DNA of 63,061 nucleotides, the filler included, from Rhabdomonas costata (taxonomy: Eukaryota), in the NCBI GenBank assembly GCA_019059605.1. It is 54 parts of 54 records of this genome, joined end to end, with 100 filler letters (N's around TTAATTAATTAA, not from the genome) between each part and the next. Parts side by side here need not be neighbours in the genome. Positions count along the whole stretch, not along the records: positions 22,233 to 23,302 come from JAHMHO010030217.1; positions 23,403 to 24,472 come from JAHMHO010030218.1; positions 24,573 to 25,642 come from JAHMHO010030219.1; positions 25,743 to 26,812 come from JAHMHO010030220.1; positions 26,913 to 27,982 come from JAHMHO010030221.1; positions 28,083 to 29,152 come from JAHMHO010030222.1; positions 29,253 to 30,322 come from JAHMHO010030223.1; positions 30,423 to 31,492 come from JAHMHO010030224.1; 46 more parts are not named here. One strand, written 5' to 3'. The translations under genes and the position numbers were made by a program. A model generated the notes under the pieces. That model saw only the letters and a program-made list of their open reading frames with translations, searched no databases and had not been told where the DNA came from. This document shows, one piece after another, positions 22,756 through 34,660 of the stretch (within the stretch, counting starts at the first letter, position 1; every line of letters starts with the position of its first letter).

Positions 22756-24869
22756 GTACATGACACTAGCTTCTGTTCCCTCCGCTTTGCAAGACGGTGA
22801 GGGGTGCTCCTTTCGTGCAGGAGCGTCGAGCAGAGACACTTAAAGAGAACAGAGCGTTGCAAGACCACAGACCACATGACCTGATATCTGAGTGCTTGTG
22901 CTTTGGGGTCCTTTTGCCCCTCCCTTCGCGTGGGCTTTATGCCCATGCGTAATTTGTATTATATTCTATTATCACTCGTGTTCATGCCGATTTGCGGAGT
23001 TAGCTTGATGATCTTCTGTATTTGGCGTTGATGCTGCTTCAATTTGAGCATGTCCTAAGGGCTCTCTCGTTTCTATCTTTAGCTGGTTACATCACTCACA
23101 GAACTAGAGTCCATACCATGCTAGGCGCGAGACTGTGAGGCCCGTGATTCTGCTGCTCCAGCCATAACAACATCTGTAAAGCATCTGGGCTTTAAAAAAA
23201 GTAAAGTGAACTGTGGCGCTTCGAATACTGAAGAAGCGACCACGATGCTGACGTGGTCAACAATACGGTATTTGTCATTATTCTAAACTCTGGCCCAACC
23301 CCNNNNNNNNNNNNNNNNNNNNNNNNNNNNNNNNNNNNNNNNNNNNTTAATTAATTAANNNNNNNNNNNNNNNNNNNNNNNNNNNNNNNNNNNNNNNNNN
23401 NNGTGGTGGGTGTGTTTGGGGGGTTTGGGGAGCAGCTCTGAAGGAGCAGGCACTGGCAGCGGGGGCCACCGCTCCCCTCTGTGGTCCACCGCCAAACGGG
23501 AGTCCATGATCAGTGGGTCGCCACTGCTTCGGTTGTTGGGGGGGGAAGAGGGCTGCAAGAGCAGCACGCGACGCGAGGGGGAACCATCGTCCGTTGGGCT
23601 CTGGGCACTGTTGAGGGAAACAAAAGCCAAAGACGAAACGCGGCCTAGTCCAGCGCCAGGCACTCTCCGATGCCCTTTCGACGGTGTTTTTTTGGGAGGC
23701 GCTCTCACTGCTGTCGCATGTTCGAACGTAAAACAGGCGATATCGTAATCGAGCGTTTACACCACCACACTGTTGCGAGATGCCATGAAGGCCAGCCAGC
23801 CAGCACAATAAAAGTGAAAGAAAAAACTGCAAAAGCATCTCGGTCAAATCCTTGGGGGCGCCACCAGGACAATTGATTAATACTATTTTTGCTATGAGGT
23901 AATACATCGCAAAACTCATTTCGAGACGGCTAGAGAACAACACGACCCACAGGAGACAGAAGGAGAGAGGCCGCCAACTTGCATTACAGTCCAAATATCC
24001 CCAGCGTCAATCCATCAAATTTGAGCAACTGGAATTTAGCAGCAAGATGCTTACGAGCATCAAAAGTTCACACACACACCAATGGAGTAGAGAAACCGCG
24101 CTGAGACTGCCCAGCCTTAGCCGAGAGCCCTCGCCCGAAGAGATGGCACCGGGCAAGGGCTTGCCACATAACTCCGCGTCGGCCGCCCCACCCTCAGCTC
24201 CCCTGGCCTCATCCCTCGCAGAGGTGGGCGGCGGAAGGTAGCGGCCGGTTCGCCGACTGCCCGATGCCACATCCGAAGACAAGCGCAGCCCGTCGACATC
24301 CGTGGAAGGGATTGCGAACCTGTGAGAAACATTTAAACGAAACATTTCTGCAAATAACAAGTGCACAACTTGGAGGTCACCTCATTGGGCGGGCGGATTT
24401 GTTCCTGCCTTGTTTTCTCGCTTTGACTTTGTGCAGCAAAAAGGAAAGCGAGAAAACAAGGCAGGAACCAACNNNNNNNNNNNNNNNNNNNNNNNNNNNN
24501 NNNNNNNNNNNNNNNNTTAATTAATTAANNNNNNNNNNNNNNNNNNNNNNNNNNNNNNNNNNNNNNNNNNNNTGCGCGCAGTTGCGGTTCAGGTACAGCA
24601 CAACGGAATCGAATTAAATGAAAAAACCTCAAGCGGTACAGACCTGAGGCAAAGGCAAGAGGACGAAAGGACGAGTTCTTAAGCAATGGATCCAGCTCAT
24701 GCCGTCACAAGGAGAACTCTAAGAATGCACCTATGACGCAATCCAAGATCCATAAAAGATCCATATCATCACTGATTAGCATAGCAATGCAAGAGTGAGG
24801 CGAAACAGCAAAAAAGCGCTCAAAGGGTACAAATCACGATCGAGGAGAGAACATCTGCCATCATCTCTC

Positions 24870-25430
24870 TTACAGCCCAACAAGTGTCTTAGCGCCGGCA
24901 ACCACTCCAGCCATCTCGGCTCCCCCGTACAACGTCGAGAACAGCATGATCACGTAGCACAGCTCGAAGGTCAGGGCCCCGGTAATGCGGCCCTTGGCCC
25001 CCTTGGAGCGGTAGCCCCACGCGTACAGCTGTCGACCCAGAATAAACCCTAAGCCCAGCACGGCGAGCAGCAAGGGGTACTTCAGCCCCCCAAGAATCAG
25101 GGAAGCCAGGACCCCCGCAATGCTCTCCAGCCCATTCTGGTGAGAGCGCTGGTAATTGTTGAACCGCACCCAGTCCTCGAGGGAGAGCAGGTGGGCGTAC
25201 TTCCCGCTGCCCATGTCGGGGTACCCAAACTGGTCGATGGGCCCCCCAAAGGCCTTCTTGTGGTCCTCCTCGAGGTTCTTCCAAGCATCCGTCTTGCGAT
25301 ACGGCGAGTCCTGCCCAAACAGGCGCTTGCGCTGGCGCATGATGCCCGCCCCCAGAGCAAGGTTCTGGATTCCAATCGCAGCGGCAACCATCAGGCAGTA
25401 CCCGTAGTCCCCAGACACGGTGACAGCCAT
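24870..25430 (-). CDS. MGST3: MAPEG-family microsomal glutathione S-transferase 3-like; complete and intronless (186 aa)
   Basis: DYGY..GYPDMGSGKY..FNNYQRSHQNGLE..GGLKYP..GRQLYAWGY..KGRITG. Confidence 0.9.
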   Translation of the reverse strand: MAVTVSGDYGYCLMVAAAIGIQNLALGAGIMRQRKRLFGQDSPYRKTDAWKNLEEDHKKAFGGPIDQFGYPDMGSGKYAHLLSLEDWVRFNNYQRSHQNGLESIAGVLASLILGGLKYPLLLAVLGLGFILGRQLYAWGYRSKGAKGRITGALTFELCYVIMLFSTLYGGAEMAGVVAGAKTLVGL

Positions 25431-25926
25431 TGTGGTCGGCGTGTAGGCTGAATCCAACTGAAAATGGGAGGGGGAAGTCCTCGCTGCTTGCGCCCCTACC
25501 AAGGGCCAGCCAACTGATGAGGTCAGCCGAGGCAGACATACTGAATTCATTGTCCCCAAACAATCTGGATCGAACTTGAAGCTCACGCGAAGTGTTTGAA
25601 CCTTGGTCTCGGATGCCGTCCGGCATTTAACAGCGGCTTCGANNNNNNNNNNNNNNNNNNNNNNNNNNNNNNNNNNNNNNNNNNNNTTAATTAATTAANN
25701 NNNNNNNNNNNNNNNNNNNNNNNNNNNNNNNNNNNNNNNNNNTGAGTGTTGGGCCAAATCTGGAACCACCAGCAATGAAAATGGTAAACTTTTTATTGGG
25801 CCCCAATACAAAACCTCCCGCCATCCAACCCAGCACAACGCAATAAAAGAAAAAACAACAGGTTGGGTTTCTGAAAAGTAATCGCATCCAAGGCATATTT
25901 CATTGAGTGGAGAGGGAAGGGCCCAC

Positions 25927-26085
25927 CATGGGAAAGGGGTCCCGCAGAAGGGCGCTGTCGGGGTCCAGCCAGAAGGCGTTCCAGCCCTCCCGGAGGACGT
26001 AGAACAGCACTGCGTAGCGGCAGATCTGGGTGATCCGGAAGGCTGTGGTGTAATAGTTCAGGTACTTCTGGGTGCTCTCGGGAGC
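25927..26085 (-). CDS. Nucleotide-diphospho-sugar transferase (GT77-like) exon; not in ORF track
   Basis: RYAVLFYVLREGWNAFWLDPDSALLRDPFPM with DxD motif and RDPF; 159 nt between tag| and |gtgggc. Confidence 0.7.
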
Positions 26086-27601
26086 CTACCACGTGGAATC
26101 AGCAGCAGTTCGGACACATTCATTGCGGTTCCAGTGCGTATGGTGTTCGCATGTGTCGATCGGTCCTTGTAGTGACACGATTCAAAGTTAAAAACAGCGA
26201 GTGCCAGTGGGTGGACCTGGCATTGAAGCAAAGCATTGCTGACATCAATCCCTTCAAATCCCACACATCACCACAATGGGGCAATAGGGGGTACGTGAGG
26301 ACAATGTGGAATTAAAGAATACAAAGTGGCACAAATCGATTTGGTTATGAAGAGACATGTCCGATGATTTGGCAAGACAGGAAGCTCAGTTGATGTCGCT
26401 GATCAAAGAGACCCGTTTTCCGAAAAAAGGCATACTGAACACCGGCCACTGAAAAAACCTTCAGAAGGAGCTTCTGAAGAAACTTTCAGAAGCTCTGAAG
26501 TACCAGAATCTCCCCCTCCGACTTTGGAGATGAAGCGGGCCAAAGCAACTCGAGGTTGGCACAAAATGTGCAAAAAAGAAAGGTGGCACGCTGAAGGGCA
26601 CAACTTGGTTCACGATGTGGCACCCTCGAAATTTGTGAGAAAAATGGCTAAAGCTTGCAATGGCAGAATTCCAGCATGTTACATCGATTTCTGAAGAGAA
26701 GGAGGATGCACCATCTTACAGTACGTCCCAAACGCCGAGGCCAGCGTGCACAGCGCCATCCCAGGCTGAGCGCGGCACCACGCCAGGGTGGTCTCGTCGT
26801 AACAGATGACAANNNNNNNNNNNNNNNNNNNNNNNNNNNNNNNNNNNNNNNNNNNNTTAATTAATTAANNNNNNNNNNNNNNNNNNNNNNNNNNNNNNNN
26901 NNNNNNNNNNNNGTGGAGGGACCAAAGGGTCAGTGCGAAGGATCAAAACAAACGATCGGAATAGTTCGAAAACTTTTGCGTAAGTTAACGCTCACTGCTT
27001 TTTGGGAAGGAAGGAAGGAAGGAAGGAAGGAAGGAAGCACCGTCAACATAAAAAGTTCTGATACCGTCTTTCTGAGAAGGGAGTTGGGGTTGCACTTATA
27101 CTTTAAACAGTTTTCCAAGTAAATGTGCAGCGGAGAGAGTTCCGCAGCTGTCATATCAACAAAGGTTGGCATTTTTCACAGCGGACGTCGGAAACGTTTA
27201 CATGTACAGCTCACTTTTTTCACTTTCATCTGAACTTTCTTATTGTTCAGTGAAATTCGATCAATAAAGTTTTAGAATTTGCTATTTTGGAATGTGTTGA
27301 AGTATCAAATGCATGAAAAATATTAGGAAACTCCTCAGTCGGGAACAAAGCAGGGGGGGGGGAGGTTGTGTTTATGGCAATACTGTGAGAATATTGAAGT
27401 GGTACAAGTTTTCCAGGTCTGTGGGTGTCACCAATTCAGGCGACGATCCGGACTCTTCACCGGTGGAGATGAACCCGTAAACCCACCGTCTCTTCCAGGT
27501 AAACGGCAGTCCTCGCCTATTTTGTGCTTTTTGTAAGTCTGCTGTTAGCGAGCGGTTCCCACTTTGGGGTCTTTGACATTGACCAAACTCGCAGTGATTA
27601 A

Positions 27602-27737
27602 GGGCCGGTGTGCGACGACCCAAAGCGAGCGTTTAAAAAAGAAACTCCAAATAAGAGCTTAATTTTATTAAAACCATTGAAATTTAATGTACATCTTTTT
27701 TCTATAAAAAAATCAGAAAATCAATGCAGACCGGCCC
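27602..27737. mobile_element. Possible MITE-like element
   Basis: gggccggtgtgc / gcagaccggccc (11/12 inverted match) around an AT-rich core; no target-site duplication seen. Confidence 0.35.
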
Positions 27738-29575
27738 CGGGTAAATCTACGGGCGGCAGTGGGTCCCTCTCTGCAAAGGCTGTCTGACGCAGCAGCCGCA
27801 AGCACTGTAGACGTCCACGTGCACCACATGGTTGTCGGAGCATGACACAGTTGAGTCAATGTTGGTTTTTATGGGAGATTGGGTGCCCACAGGGAAAGGG
27901 GGGCTTGTTCAGCAAAGGGTGGGTCCAATTTGGTCTTTTTGGGGGCAAAGGGAGCCAAAAAGACCAAATTGGACCCCCCACANNNNNNNNNNNNNNNNNN
28001 NNNNNNNNNNNNNNNNNNNNNNNNNNTTAATTAATTAANNNNNNNNNNNNNNNNNNNNNNNNNNNNNNNNNNNNNNNNNNNNGGTTTGGTTTGTCGGAAG
28101 TTCCACTGTCGGGGGCGCGTTGTGGTGGCATTGCTGCGGTCACCTGTCCATTGCGAATGAGTGCCAGTGTCATAAAGAGGACCCCTTGTGGTGGCAGATG
28201 TCAAATATCGAAGGTCATTTAGCAGCTGAGAGCAGAAATGTTGTTAGAGTTACAAGGCTACAAGAGTTACAATGCAGTTGCACAGCAACGAAACCTGTCA
28301 GAAATGACATATGCACCTTTACCAGCAGTTGGTCGCCAGCTTTCCTCACTGCAGCTCTGGCTTGTGCTGGAAGACAAGGAGCGATGAAGCACAACGTGAT
28401 CATTACACGGCGGTGACATTTACAGCATGAGGAACCACGTATCGACAGCCTCCCAGTCAGCACGAAAACGAAGTGCAGCCAGGGCATCCACCAGCCCAAA
28501 CAAAAAGGGCTCAGCGGACAGCCACCGCCACCAATTCCATTCACAGTATTCGCAAGAAAAAAACACCGATCGCCAAAATGGCGGAACAACCACCAAGGAG
28601 AAGCCCACCAACACGCCCTCTCCCGTTGGTCCTAATTTGCCAATGTTACAGCCGAACCTTCCGAGTGCGACCATTTGAGCGGAGAAAATCGATGGCTTCG
28701 TCGGCGAGCTGTCGCAGATTACGGGCTTCAGCCCCGGAGTAGGTACAGTCCGCGACAAATCGCAGGTACCTAGCCCCCTTGGCGAGCTCTTCAGCCTCCT
28801 CATCGACCGCAAACTCTGTCGAGCAGCCCCCCCCCGACAGTACCCTCTATCGCGCTTCTCACCCCAAAACAGACAGGAACAGGAACAGGAATGAAGTCAC
28901 TCTAATGAGTGAGGAGAGGAGGAAGTGCGAGGGAGGGTGGAAGGGGTGAGAATGAGCAGAGCAGCTGAGTGCGTTGCTGGAATTACTGTGTTTGGACAAT
29001 GGGTGGGAGGGTTTGTGCCATCATCAAGTCATCAAGCGGGAGAAGGAAGGTAAAGGAAAAAATGTGTGTATGTGTGTATGGATGTGGATCGACTCGAGTA
29101 AAATTCATAAAGGCGGGCATTGGGGGCGGAGAAACTCATCTGAACCACAACANNNNNNNNNNNNNNNNNNNNNNNNNNNNNNNNNNNNNNNNNNNNTTAA
29201 TTAATTAANNNNNNNNNNNNNNNNNNNNNNNNNNNNNNNNNNNNNNNNNNNNGTTTTGGGTGGACTTTGTTGGGTGAGCTTTTCGGGAGCACCACTTTTA
29301 GCCTGTCCCTCTCCCCTCTCCGCTCTCCGCGCACTGTTACGTCTCAAAAACCAGCGGTTGAAAGTCACACAAAATTCCTGGCATAATTAGTTACGCGCTA
29401 TTCTTGTTCTAATGGTTGTTGCCCGCTGTGTATGTTTTGGGGGCGCGCGGTGTGGGGTGCACACATGATCTATCAAAAGTGTCATGACTGAGCTGAGCCT
29501 GAAATAGAGTCCGTTGCCTCCACGAGACCCACAGGTGTGCGGGCTTCTTCTTTTGTGGGTGTGTGGGACCGTCAG

Positions 29576-29683
29576 GCTGAGCGCAATCGCAGCGAGGCCA
29601 GTGGGGCCGCCGCGGGCTCTCGGCAGGAGAGTCAGCTACAGGACATGGTGCACCGCCTGCAGACTCAGCTGAGGGACTCTCAG
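29576..29683 (+). CDS. Small coiled-coil exon
   Basis: AERNRSEA..QLQDMVHRLQTQLRDSQ; 108 nt, cag|...cag|gt. Confidence 0.55.
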
Positions 29684-29760
29684 GTCTCCTTTTCAGCCGT
29701 TGCGCGCAGAGTTCCCCCTCAGATCTTTATACTTCCGTCTGCTTTGAAGGCAAGTGGTTA

Positions 29761-30046
29761 CCCGTAGTAACAGAAAACTGAGTTCAAAAGAATTCCTTCT
29801 TTTTTTTTTTTTGCTAAATTACCTTGAAAAGGGTCGAGTAAACATGTCAACACCCTCGAAAAGACTTCTTTTAGCGTAAGGAGGGGTTAGGTAAACTTTT
29901 CCAGTACTCTCTAAATGAGTGCTTTTGCTTAATAGCTGAGAACTACTGCCTGCTAAGGACTACCATATGGCTGGGATATGGGCAGATGTATTTGAATGCG
30001 TTAGTTTTCGGCGAAGGAAGGTCCGCTACGCGGCCGGAGCGGGCGC
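29761..30046 (+). repeat. Dispersed non-coding repeat, copy 2
   Basis: Aligns with 21212-21476; starts ~80 nt after a splice donor. Confidence 0.8.
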
Positions 30047-31188
30047 CTGGTGCGGGAACGTGACCGATGCCACTTGGCTGTTAGTACCGTAGTGTGATAG
30101 CCCCAAGCTTGTAAGCCCGATGGGGATGGTGTATTTAACGGACCGTTGACCATTGATGTAACTGAACCTGACCTGCGCTGCTCGAACAAGATTGTGCAAG
30201 AGGGAGCTCGACTGAGGCTATAAATAGACGGGCTGTGCGGCAGTGCTCATGTTAAGTTTACTTGCAGGTTTTGGGAACGATAATGCCTGTGAAACCAGAG
30301 ACTGTGGGATCAACCCCAACAANNNNNNNNNNNNNNNNNNNNNNNNNNNNNNNNNNNNNNNNNNNNTTAATTAATTAANNNNNNNNNNNNNNNNNNNNNN
30401 NNNNNNNNNNNNNNNNNNNNNNCTTGGATTCCAGCGCATGCTGATGCTCATGGGGCCTCCGCAGAGCTGGGGCGGCAGAAGGACCAGGTTAATGCTCGTC
30501 TGGGAATTGACTTAAGAAGATGGGGACTTAAGGAGTTGGTCGTTTCGATTTGGGGTGCCCTGTGCACATCATGTTGTCCGCTTCAATTTAAAAGTGAGAA
30601 CTGTCCGTTAAACGACAGCACTTCGGACTTCATTGCGAGGGTCGAAAAAATGAATGACGAACAGAGCTCACAGGTTTTTAATCTATTCGCATTGACGTTT
30701 TCCATGTTTATAGCATTGGATTTAAAACTCTGACTTTGAAAGAAATGGGCCATACTGAAAAATGAAGTGGGCCATACTTTTGAACTGGACGCTCTGAAGT
30801 GATGACCTATCAGCTGTATTTTCCACCCACTCCCTCCCTTCAGTCATAAGGTCCTCTATGAAGCCAGTAATCAGCAATCAGTTCCATGAAGGAACATGAA
30901 TCATGCTCGCGTCCGTGCGAGTAGGTTTTTTCTGAGTGTACCGTGAGCTTTAGCTGGTTAATATTTCATTAAAAGATTTGCAGTGCCCTCTAAAGGCTGG
31001 TTCGTGAGTTAACCACCACGGAGGTTTCGACTGCTGTGGTGATTTTTGTCACTGCCGTCTGAATTCAAACTATTTAGGAGGAAAACAGCCCTCGCAGTAT
31101 GAGTCATCCAAACTTTTATCCTGGATCATCCAAATTAAACATTGGAGCTGAGCTTGGGTGCTGAAGGATGAGGGGTGGCTTTTTTTAG

Positions 31189-31335
31189 CTCAAGAAGTCT
31201 GAGGAGGAGATTCTTCAGCTTCGTCTTGAGTGTGATCGCCTTCATTCGGAGAAGCTTCGGCTGGAGACCGTGGCGGAGCAGCACCGCAACGAGGCGGACA
31301 GCCTTTCCCTGAAGCTCAAGTTTGCTTATGAATGA
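31189..31335 (+). CDS. Coiled-coil exon, possibly joined to upstream exon 30423-30487
   Basis: tttttag|LKKSEEEILQLRLECDRLHSEKLRLETVAEQHRNEADSLSLKLK; heptad-like pattern. Confidence 0.55.
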   Translation, partial: LKKSEEEILQLRLECDRLHSEKLRLETVAEQHRNEADSLSLKLKFAYE

Positions 31336-31592
31336 ATCGAGTGGTGAGTGGTGGGTGGTGAGAAGCAGTTGAAGCACAGGGTTTAGGGCTGAGTGGTACA
31401 AAGTCAGGGCAATAATTGTGTCACCTGAGATTTGCGGCTGAAGGTGCACTCTGTGCACCCGAAACACATCTTATGGTTCCTCCAAAAAAAACNNNNNNNN
31501 NNNNNNNNNNNNNNNNNNNNNNNNNNNNNNNNNNNNTTAATTAATTAANNNNNNNNNNNNNNNNNNNNNNNNNNNNNNNNNNNNNNNNNNNN

Positions 31593-32662
31593 TCCAACCG
31601 AGGCCTTGGGGTCGCCCGAAGCTTGCAGCTGAGCAGTGCGCAGCCCACCATCACAGACAATGAGAAGCACCTGAAGGTCATTTTTGCACTTCTTGGGCTG
31701 CAGGTTGGCTCCTCTCCTGCGGTGCCTTCGCTATCCGCCGCCCTTGGTGACCTGCCCGCCATGTCTACCATCGCCGTGGTTTGGACACTGACTTCTTCCC
31801 TTGCGGGCACCCTGGGCACCCCTCAGCTAAGCTTCCAGCACACCAATTCCCTGGGCGTGGAGGGAAACTCGCTGCTCGCTGAACTGGTGGAGTTCCAACT
31901 GGTAGGCCGGATAAGCCTTCCTTCTGGTCTTCCTGCCTTCCTAGCGTGCCACCGTGGATGCTCCTGGACCACTGCCGTGGAGCAGGGGACGTATAGACTT
32001 CACGTTTCCTCATCGGATCATTTCAACGTCACTGCACTTTCTGCGAGCTCACCCACCTTTACCGTTGTCCAGAGCAACTCACTGTTGCAGATCTTGAAAC
32101 CTTCCAATATCAGCTGTACACCCGGATGGTACTACTTCCGCCTGACGCTCTCGGATGCTCCGGTGCGCATAGATTTGTCTGGGATCGGCGCAAGCCCCGA
32201 GTGGTTTATCATCGAAGAGAATGTGTGGAACTCCCCAGTTATGGATCTGCCAGCCTTCCCGAATATTCCACAGCTGCACCTGGTTCTCTGGGTGAACACA
32301 TCCGCAGACAAGCAGCTGGACTGGGAGGTGCGCCTGACTCCCATCATTCCTTTTGATCTTGTCCCAGTGCTGCAGGCAGTGTCCTCGACCTCCGCCAGCG
32401 TTTCCTGGCCCGCGGTGAGCCTTTCCGAGCTGTATACCCTGAGCATCTTCTCGCTCGTCAATGCTTCATGGACGCAGTTTGCACAGTACAAAGCCATTTC
32501 CACGGAATATTTCGTGACAGGCCTCTCCCCTGGCTCAGAATACGCAGCTTCTGTATCACCAGTGCAGAGAGGTATGTGCGGTTCCCCTGTGCACTCTGTC
32601 TTGCCGAAGCTGAATTTCACAACTCTCACCGACCATGGCAGTGAAGCATGCAGTCAGAAGCT
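31593..32662 (+). CDS. Large extracellular protein fragment with a fibronectin type III domain
   Basis: Frame open across the whole contig; AVSSTSASVSWPAV..YTL..YFVTGLSPGSEYAASV is a typical FN3 pattern. Confidence 0.78.
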
Positions 32663-33064
32663 NNNNNNNNNNNNNNNNNNNNNNNNNNNNNNNNNNNNNN
32701 NNNNNNTTAATTAATTAANNNNNNNNNNNNNNNNNNNNNNNNNNNNNNNNNNNNNNNNNNNNTTGGTGGCACACAAGGATTGACATGAACATCAGCGAAA
32801 GTCCCAAGGTCAATCCTTGTGTGCCAGCGATACACAAAACAGTAAGACCCTTCGTTGACGAAGTGCTGTGTGCAGAAGGCCTCCAAAATGCTCTTTTGAA
32901 CCCATAAAATCACCCAAATTACACCGAAAAGTAAATTCACACAAAATTTGATTTTGTCTTCATTCATTTGGAATTTAAAATCTGGACCGTGATGACAACT
33001 AATCTTGACATGAATCTCTTATGACGACAATGGCAAGACTCCTCCCATGTGTTATGTGGCACAG

Positions 33065-33659
33065 ATTGAGGTCAACAGCAGGCTCTCCGGGATGCCCGAG
33101 GTTCTGACCTCCTTTGTGAACCCGCAGGTTATGGAGGACGTGGCTTTTCACCCCTGCGTACGCTACGCTCGCTACGAGCAGGACAGGTATTTCTCCGCCC
33201 CTTTGGGCGATTGATATGAGTGGACTCGACTAACGAATACCAAGTTTTCCCGTTGGTTCTTGGTTGGGTTTGCGCAGGCTTACTATCACTAGCACCGCTT
33301 CTTCCTATCCTCCCTTCCAGCATTTTAATTGCGCAAACATGCGGATATGAATATCGCATCTGACGCATCTGTCAGACCAACTGCCTTCGCTTTTCGTTTC
33401 GTTTTGACAGAAATTCCGTGTACTGTGTGTCGTGTGCTGTCCCCAAAGGTCGCTGAGCTTCATCCCTCCCGACGGGTGCTTTGAACTGATGAGATACCGC
33501 AGCCACTACAGCAGCCCCGCGCCATTCTACGTCACCCCGAAGGTCAGCCTCCACAAAGACAGCGGCCGGGTGAACATCATGATGGGCCTGAAGGGGCTGG
33601 GGGGCGGCCCCACTGACAAGGGCGTCCATGATGTGCGATGTACCGTGCAGCTCCCGGAG
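33065..33659 (+). CDS. AP3M1: AP-3 complex mu subunit; exons 33065-33186 and 33449-33659
   Basis: IEVNSRLSGMPEVLTSFVNPQVMEDVAFHPCVRYARYEQDR|SLSFIPPDGCFELMRYR..PFYVTP; phases consistent. Confidence 0.88.
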
Positions 33660-34299
33660 GTCTTTCCCCGCTTCACCCCACTTTGCATGAGTCATGAGCT
33701 TGTCTTTTGGGGAGTCCTTTCTGTGTTTTAACTTCTATGGCTTAACTTCACATGTGTATCCAGATTTCTTTTTCGGGTTGTTGATTTTATGACTTGTTTG
33801 AAAATGTTGGAAATGATGGAAAACCAACAAACNNNNNNNNNNNNNNNNNNNNNNNNNNNNNNNNNNNNNNNNNNNNTTAATTAATTAANNNNNNNNNNNN
33901 NNNNNNNNNNNNNNNNNNNNNNNNNNNNNNNNGTTTTGTAAGTTATTGATGGGGAGAGGTTTTCGACTCAGTTCTCGCCTTTTTGGCGGTCTTGTACTCA
34001 ATTTAAGGACGGAGTGGTGAGGAAAAAGACTGGAGTACAGTTGAATTGCACGGGGTGCACTTGGTACGGTCGAGCAATGTCGGATGTCGAGGTTTCCTGT
34101 CGGGTGGACATCGAACTACTCAGTTTTTACTTGCCGTCTGCTCTGGTCACGGACCACGCACGTGTTTTGCACTGACTGCGTTCCAGCAAGGGTGCAGAAG
34201 CAGGTTTTATCCATGTAACTGTTTCAGTATAGCTAAAGTCAAAGGAGACCAGTGTGGTTCCGGTTTGTGTGTTATGCAGTGCATGAAGTGTATTGTACT

Positions 34300-34660
34300 T
34301 CCGCCACACGGCGGTTACCGCCTTTAATGAGATGCTGTACTCTGACGTTCCCGCCACCGATCGTAATGACTTAAGGGCAGCGAACCTACATCTTCCATGT
34401 GTGTTTTGTTTGGGCAAAGGTGTCAGGAAGACCGAGCTTTTCGAAATGGTGCTCGACGAACTGTGGGAGCTCACCTGAAGGTATGGCTCCTTACGACAGT
34501 TGGAAAAGCGTCCCGGGGATGAGAGTGGCAGTGGGGAAAAGTGCTCGGTTGTCATATTGACTTCGTTCTGGATGGCGAGGGGGGGGGCTGTTCGGGTGAA
34601 CAGAAAAGGTGGAGTTCGGCTGACTTAGATGTTCACGTTCAGTACAGTAGGGTGCCCATC
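34300..34660 (+). pseudogene. Possible decayed CACTA/EnSpm-like transposase fragment
   Basis: SDVPATDR..ANLHL..LGKG..FEMVLDELWELT*RYG..FVLDG loosely fits the LPP..R..N..L..G..LVDEL..L..G..D pattern; contains stops and frameshifts. Confidence 0.25.

Noticed and set aside
27006-27036. (GAAG)n and scattered CA/GT microsatellites
   Set aside because: Ordinary simple repeats.
30929-30939. tttctgagtgt resembling the 5' half of the Euglena spliced leader
   Set aside because: Only 11 nt, and not followed by the rest of the leader.
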